Part shown: piece by piece, positions 56,491 to 64,000 of the stretch
Layout of the letters: every line of letters starts with the position of its first letter
Position numbering within the stretch: the stretch's first letter is position 1
Assembly: GCF_964213995.1 (NCBI RefSeq)
Contig: NC_135823.1
Location: 37,386,001-37,450,000, forward strand
Direction of reading: 5' to 3'
DNA length: 64,000 bases
Source: Mustelus asterias
Taxonomy: Eukaryota
Notes under the pieces: model-generated
What the model saw: the letters and a program-made list of their open reading frames with translations, nothing else
Told to the model about the DNA's origin: nothing
Databases searched by the model: none
Made by a program: the position numbers and the translations under genes

Positions 56491-59400
56491 AATCTGTTCT
56501 TGAATAATTTTGCAGTGTTTGATTGAGATGGAATATAAGAATGGGAACCACAAAATTTCAGAGCAAGTTTTTATCTCCGGCTAAATGTGTGGGGCTGTTT
56601 GTCTGTTGAAGGACCTCAACAAAATTTGTCCTGGTGGATGGGCCAGGCATCTGGATTGGTAGGGACATCAGATCTATTTTGTAAAAAAGGTGGCGAGAGT
56701 GAAAGCTGCCCACCCCCAACTGTAGCACCTGTGAGGGATGTGTAACTTGCTCTGAAGCATGTTGCCATTATCATTGTTCTTCCAGTTGTAGATATTGTTC
56801 AAAGTCTCACATGCTTGGTATTTAGGAATTTTATTTTACCCTTTACCTTCCAATACAAAAGATGTAAACTCTTCTATATACAATCAATTTAAGAAATGAG
56901 CCAAGCAACATGAAGGCAAGCTTAAATAAAATTGATTCACAAGTTTCTATTTACATAAAATCATGTGGCATAAATCATGTACTTTTCTACCCTATAAAAG
57001 GATTGGTTCATTCAGTTACCAGTGTTGCTTGAAATACTTAAACACTGGCATTAACCCATTATTTACTCATTTCAAAAAAAGCATTGTCTAAATGGAGTAA
57101 GGGAAGACTGTTGATTCACTGGCACATGCAGTATCAGAATTTGCTGCAGCTTTTCCCACAATTCTTTTCAGGGTGTTGTCATTCATTTGAGCAATAACTT
57201 TTCTGATTAATCTCACTACATGTCAAAATTCTGTTGGTGATGTGGGGGAATGAGGAAAATCTGGCTCTGCTTCCAGTCTTGGCTTTAGGTCTGCTGGCAA
57301 CCCAGTACACATTCTCCAGCTCTCTGCAACTTTATGGGTCTTTACAAAGGATTAATTGGATTTAATTGTATTTTACTTGCTTTAATACTGGTTCACACAG
57401 AACCATGTTACTGGCATAAAGCTTGTTTTAAAACAAGTAACATCCTTATGATAAATGCTATTTATAGTCTGTACCATATGCACTTAAGGGTGTCTCATGG
57501 GTGAATGATGTTACCATTCAGCCAACCTACTGAAAACCCATCACCTCAGGAAACCCTTACCCACATCTAAAACCATTTCTCCTGATTGCTATTGGCTTTC
57601 AGTTTCTTCATTCTTTTGGGGGATTTGAACAGAGGCTAGGCAGTCTGTGATCTTTGAGCTCAGATGCAAATATTTAGAGTCTAACAAAACAAAGCTATTT
57701 TCACATTAGCCTTACAGGGATTCTTACAATACTAGCTCCCAAAGCACAGAATCTGCCCAGCCAGTGATTTTCATTAACCAGCCAAATTCAACAACTGTGT
57801 CAAAAATATTTGTGCAAGTGCATTAAGATCTGAAGGTACAAAACTGGCAATAAATAGTGCAAGAACTGAGGGGAAAATAGTGCTGTAAGTACATTAGGAA
57901 TTGCAAGTACAAAGCCATTGAGAATCGATGACATGAATGATATCACAGAACAAATCTGCCAAGTTCCCCTTTGTCAGTATAAATAGTCTATAATCTGCAA
58001 AACAGCCAGCAAGCTCTCATGCTAGATTACAGATAAACCATTCTATTTTCTGGAAACATTCATACGTCAGCCTAAAAAAAATGCACTTCAGTTATAAATC
58101 TTTAGAGTTCTTATTGCATCTATTCCTACAATCCATTCATCTACAACAATCCATTTTTCACTCATCCCAAATCATTGGCAGTTTGTACCTAATTCCATTA
58201 GCAAAGAGATCAACACCCATAGGGCATAGATTTGGAGTAGTTGAATAATACAGCATAGGAACAGACCCTTCAGCTCAACAAGAAATGTTGGGTGAAAATA
58301 AATCTCAACAACCCCCCCCCCCCCCCCCAAGGTGTTGTGGGGGTCCAGAACACCTCTGCCTGAAAGACTGGTAGGGGCAGAAACCTTCATTGTATTTAAG
58401 AATCACTTGAGGTGTAATAACCTACAGGGTTACAGCAACAAGAGCTGGAAGGTGGAATGAGACCAGATAGCTCTTTCAGCTCAATGGATCCCTTCTGTGC
58501 CATAAATCCTATGTTTAATACCATCCAACATCAGACAAACCAGCAGGGCAAAATGTCATCCTACACCAGCACAGGTTACTGTTCTTGATGGGGGTTTTGC
58601 CTCTCCCCAGAGACTTGACTTTAAGTATCAGAGCGTTGTTCACAGTATGCTCACTCACAGTTGTGCAATGGTCATTTTAAATTAATGTCATGCCTCACTG
58701 GTGGACAATGCATGCAGCCTGCAGAGAGTTGGCCTGGATTTGTTCGGTTATGAACCCAAATAATGCTTGGCTGTCCCTGATGTACGACTCATGAAGGGAG
58801 TGAGTAGCTGAGCCTTGCAGAACTGGCAGGTATTAGGATGTATCCTGAGTTCGCTGATATCAGCTAGGGGTGGGGTGTTAGCAGTAGATCCAAAAATGGT
58901 TCCTGAACCTGGATACTTTTCACTGCCCTACCTCTTGCTGAAAGTATAACCCAACAAAAGGCATCAATGGTTCAGGAGAGAGGGGTAAAATGATGGTAAG
59001 GTTCACAGTCATAAGGTATTTACTGATGTGAAAAGTTGCATTTGTTGTTCAGATATAATTAAAATCCTTTTTTTTTAAGAAATAGGTTGTATTAATTACA
59101 CAATATGAAAATAGTCTGTAGAAAAGCTCTCCGAGCACTGGTATAGAATCATGGTGTGCCAATGCTTTCCTGTGACTGGTGATCACAAATATCAAATTAT
59201 TCATAAATCAACAATGCAATGTGATGATTTTCCCAGATTCAACTGTTCCAACAATATACAGACTGATGTTGGGATCTGCACCATCTTTCTTCTTGAGTTT
59301 TTGACAAAGCATAAAATTTTTATCAAGTAACTTGTGACCCATTATTACTTGTTACTGAAGAAGCCATTCTTACAGAGTGAAACTATAAACATATTTAATG

Positions 59401-60076
59401 AAACAACCTATTGATCTGGCATCATTACTGCTGGCCTCTAGTCTTCAGTACCAGTCAGTGGCTGTGTGTATGGCACAAACTTGTTGATTAGTCAATTCAG
59501 TCCTTTATAAACAGGAGGATCCTTTCATTTTTCACCTTTACAGTTTCTCCCAACAATATCTCCAGGATACAGTTGGCCCTCCTGAACCCCGGAGAGAAAG
59601 TCTTCCTCCCGCAGTAGTGGCATCATTGTTAAAAGGTGCAGCAATGTTGATGAGTCACTTCTTTCTCTTTTGTGTCTCAGCTCCTTACCTCTCTGCTGGA
59701 GGGTCCATTTGACAGGTAGTACACCATTGTGGCTGTGAATATTAGCAGAGTTGTCTCCCAGTCTGTGATCAATATCACAAATTCTATAGGAGTCCTGTCC
59801 AATCTTACCCATGAAATGTCAGCAAAACAGGTTTGTACTGATGTGGTGGTTTGGGAGGTTCCAAACACCAGTGAAGGGGTTATGTGAGCCAGCATTCTCC
59901 TGTTCGGAGGATGTAGTCTTGTTCTATCCTACATGAAGAACCCCAGCTCAAAGAGCACTTCCCTCAGGTCCACATAAGGATACCAGAAGCATATTGCCTG
60001 GAGCATTTCTTCCTAATTCTCTGGCTCTGAAAAGTCTTTATGTTGGCACAGTTGATGAGCAGGCAAATATGGTGAT

Positions 60077-63116
<3,040 letters not shown>

Positions 63117-63224
63117 CTAATACAACACAAAGCAATCTTTGAATGTGGCATTTCAGTACAGCAGTTTTCTAGTGTTATACTTCTACAACTTCCATATGTT
63201 TCAGGCTATGCCTAATCGGAACTT

Positions 63225-63444
63225 CTGATGTGGAGATGCCGGCGTTGGACTGGGGTAAACACAGTAAGAAGTTTAACAACACCAGGTTAAAGTCCAACAG
63301 GTTTATTTGGTAGCAAAAGCCACACAAGCTTTCGAAGCTCTAAGCCCCTTCTTCCCGAAGAAGGGGCTTAGAGCTTCGAAAGCTTGTGTGGCTTTTGCTA
63401 CCAAATAAACCTGTTGGACTTTAACCTGGTGTTGTTAAACTTCT
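63225..63444. mobile_element. Penelope pLTR-derived perfect fold-back element in an ERN2 intron
   Basis: ~90-bp perfect arms (63265-63354 / 63357-63446) with a 2-nt loop; 12-bp TSD TAATCGGAACTT (63213-63224 / 63445-63456). Confidence 0.92.
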
Positions 63445-64000
63445 TAATCGGAACTTGAACAGTCCTGGGCTCAAAATCTAAAAACAAAATCACTATCTGT
63501 CCAACTGGACCGAACGTAATCAGACCTCAACAAACCATAACATTGACTCTAACGAGTGTCTAATGAACAAAAGGTACAGCCCAGAGAGTAGCTGAGTCAT
63601 ATACAGATAAAAATCATCCCAGGTTCGATCCTTTGTTCATGCTGAGTTAGCATTAACCACCATATTAATAGATTATTAGCCCAGTAATGTAATCATTACA
63701 TTACCCTACCCAGGTCATGGATATGGTAGAGTAACATTTATGTTACTAGACTAGAAATCCAGAGGCCTGGACTAACGATCCTGAGACATTAGCTCAAATT
63801 GCACCCCCGCAGCTGTGGGGTATTAGTTAAATAATTCTGGAATAAATTCCTTTAAAAACCCATCTAGTTCAGAAAGATCCTTTATGGAAGGGTCTATAAG
63901 TGATGTCACCCATAGTAATACTTATAAAGCTTTGGTAAGCTGCTCAGTTGTACTAAAGAAGTTGGCTCACCAGCACTTTCTCAAGGGCATTAGAATGGCT

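Noticed and set aside
59525-59895. Minus-strand ORFs downstream of the ERN2 stop
   Set aside because: No homology recognised and no convincing splice context; probably 3' UTR.

Overview
Eukaryotic, vertebrate genomic DNA. The repeat complement (HE1/V-SINE-like, Deu-domain SINEs, CR1/HER1-like LINEs, Penelope-like elements) points to a cartilaginous fish, most likely a shark; that assignment is an inference. The window holds a four-gene block in the same order and orientation as human 16p12. PALB2 (minus, 14 coding exons, 1326 aa, complete) lies head-to-head with DCTN5 (plus, 6 exons, 182 aa, complete) across a 653-bp CpG-rich ATG-to-ATG gap. PLK1 follows (plus, 11 exons, 586 aa, complete), converging on the last three exons of an IRE1-family gene (minus, ERN2 by synteny). 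I traced all exons by hand to GT-AG boundaries with consistent phases. Introns and intergenic DNA are dense with nested retroelements. The most striking non-gene signal is a set of short, ORF-less, mostly fold-back (palindromic) insertions with 10-15 bp target-site duplications. They derive from the pseudo-LTR of a Penelope-like element whose GIY-YIG-bearing relative is also in the window. The longer copies carry a covarying minimal hammerhead-ribozyme-like motif, and two further Penelope families carry the same architecture. Shark PALB2 also appears to lack both the KEAP1-binding ETGE motif and Lys20. Comparisons with human sequences and exon sizes are from memory and were not computed.
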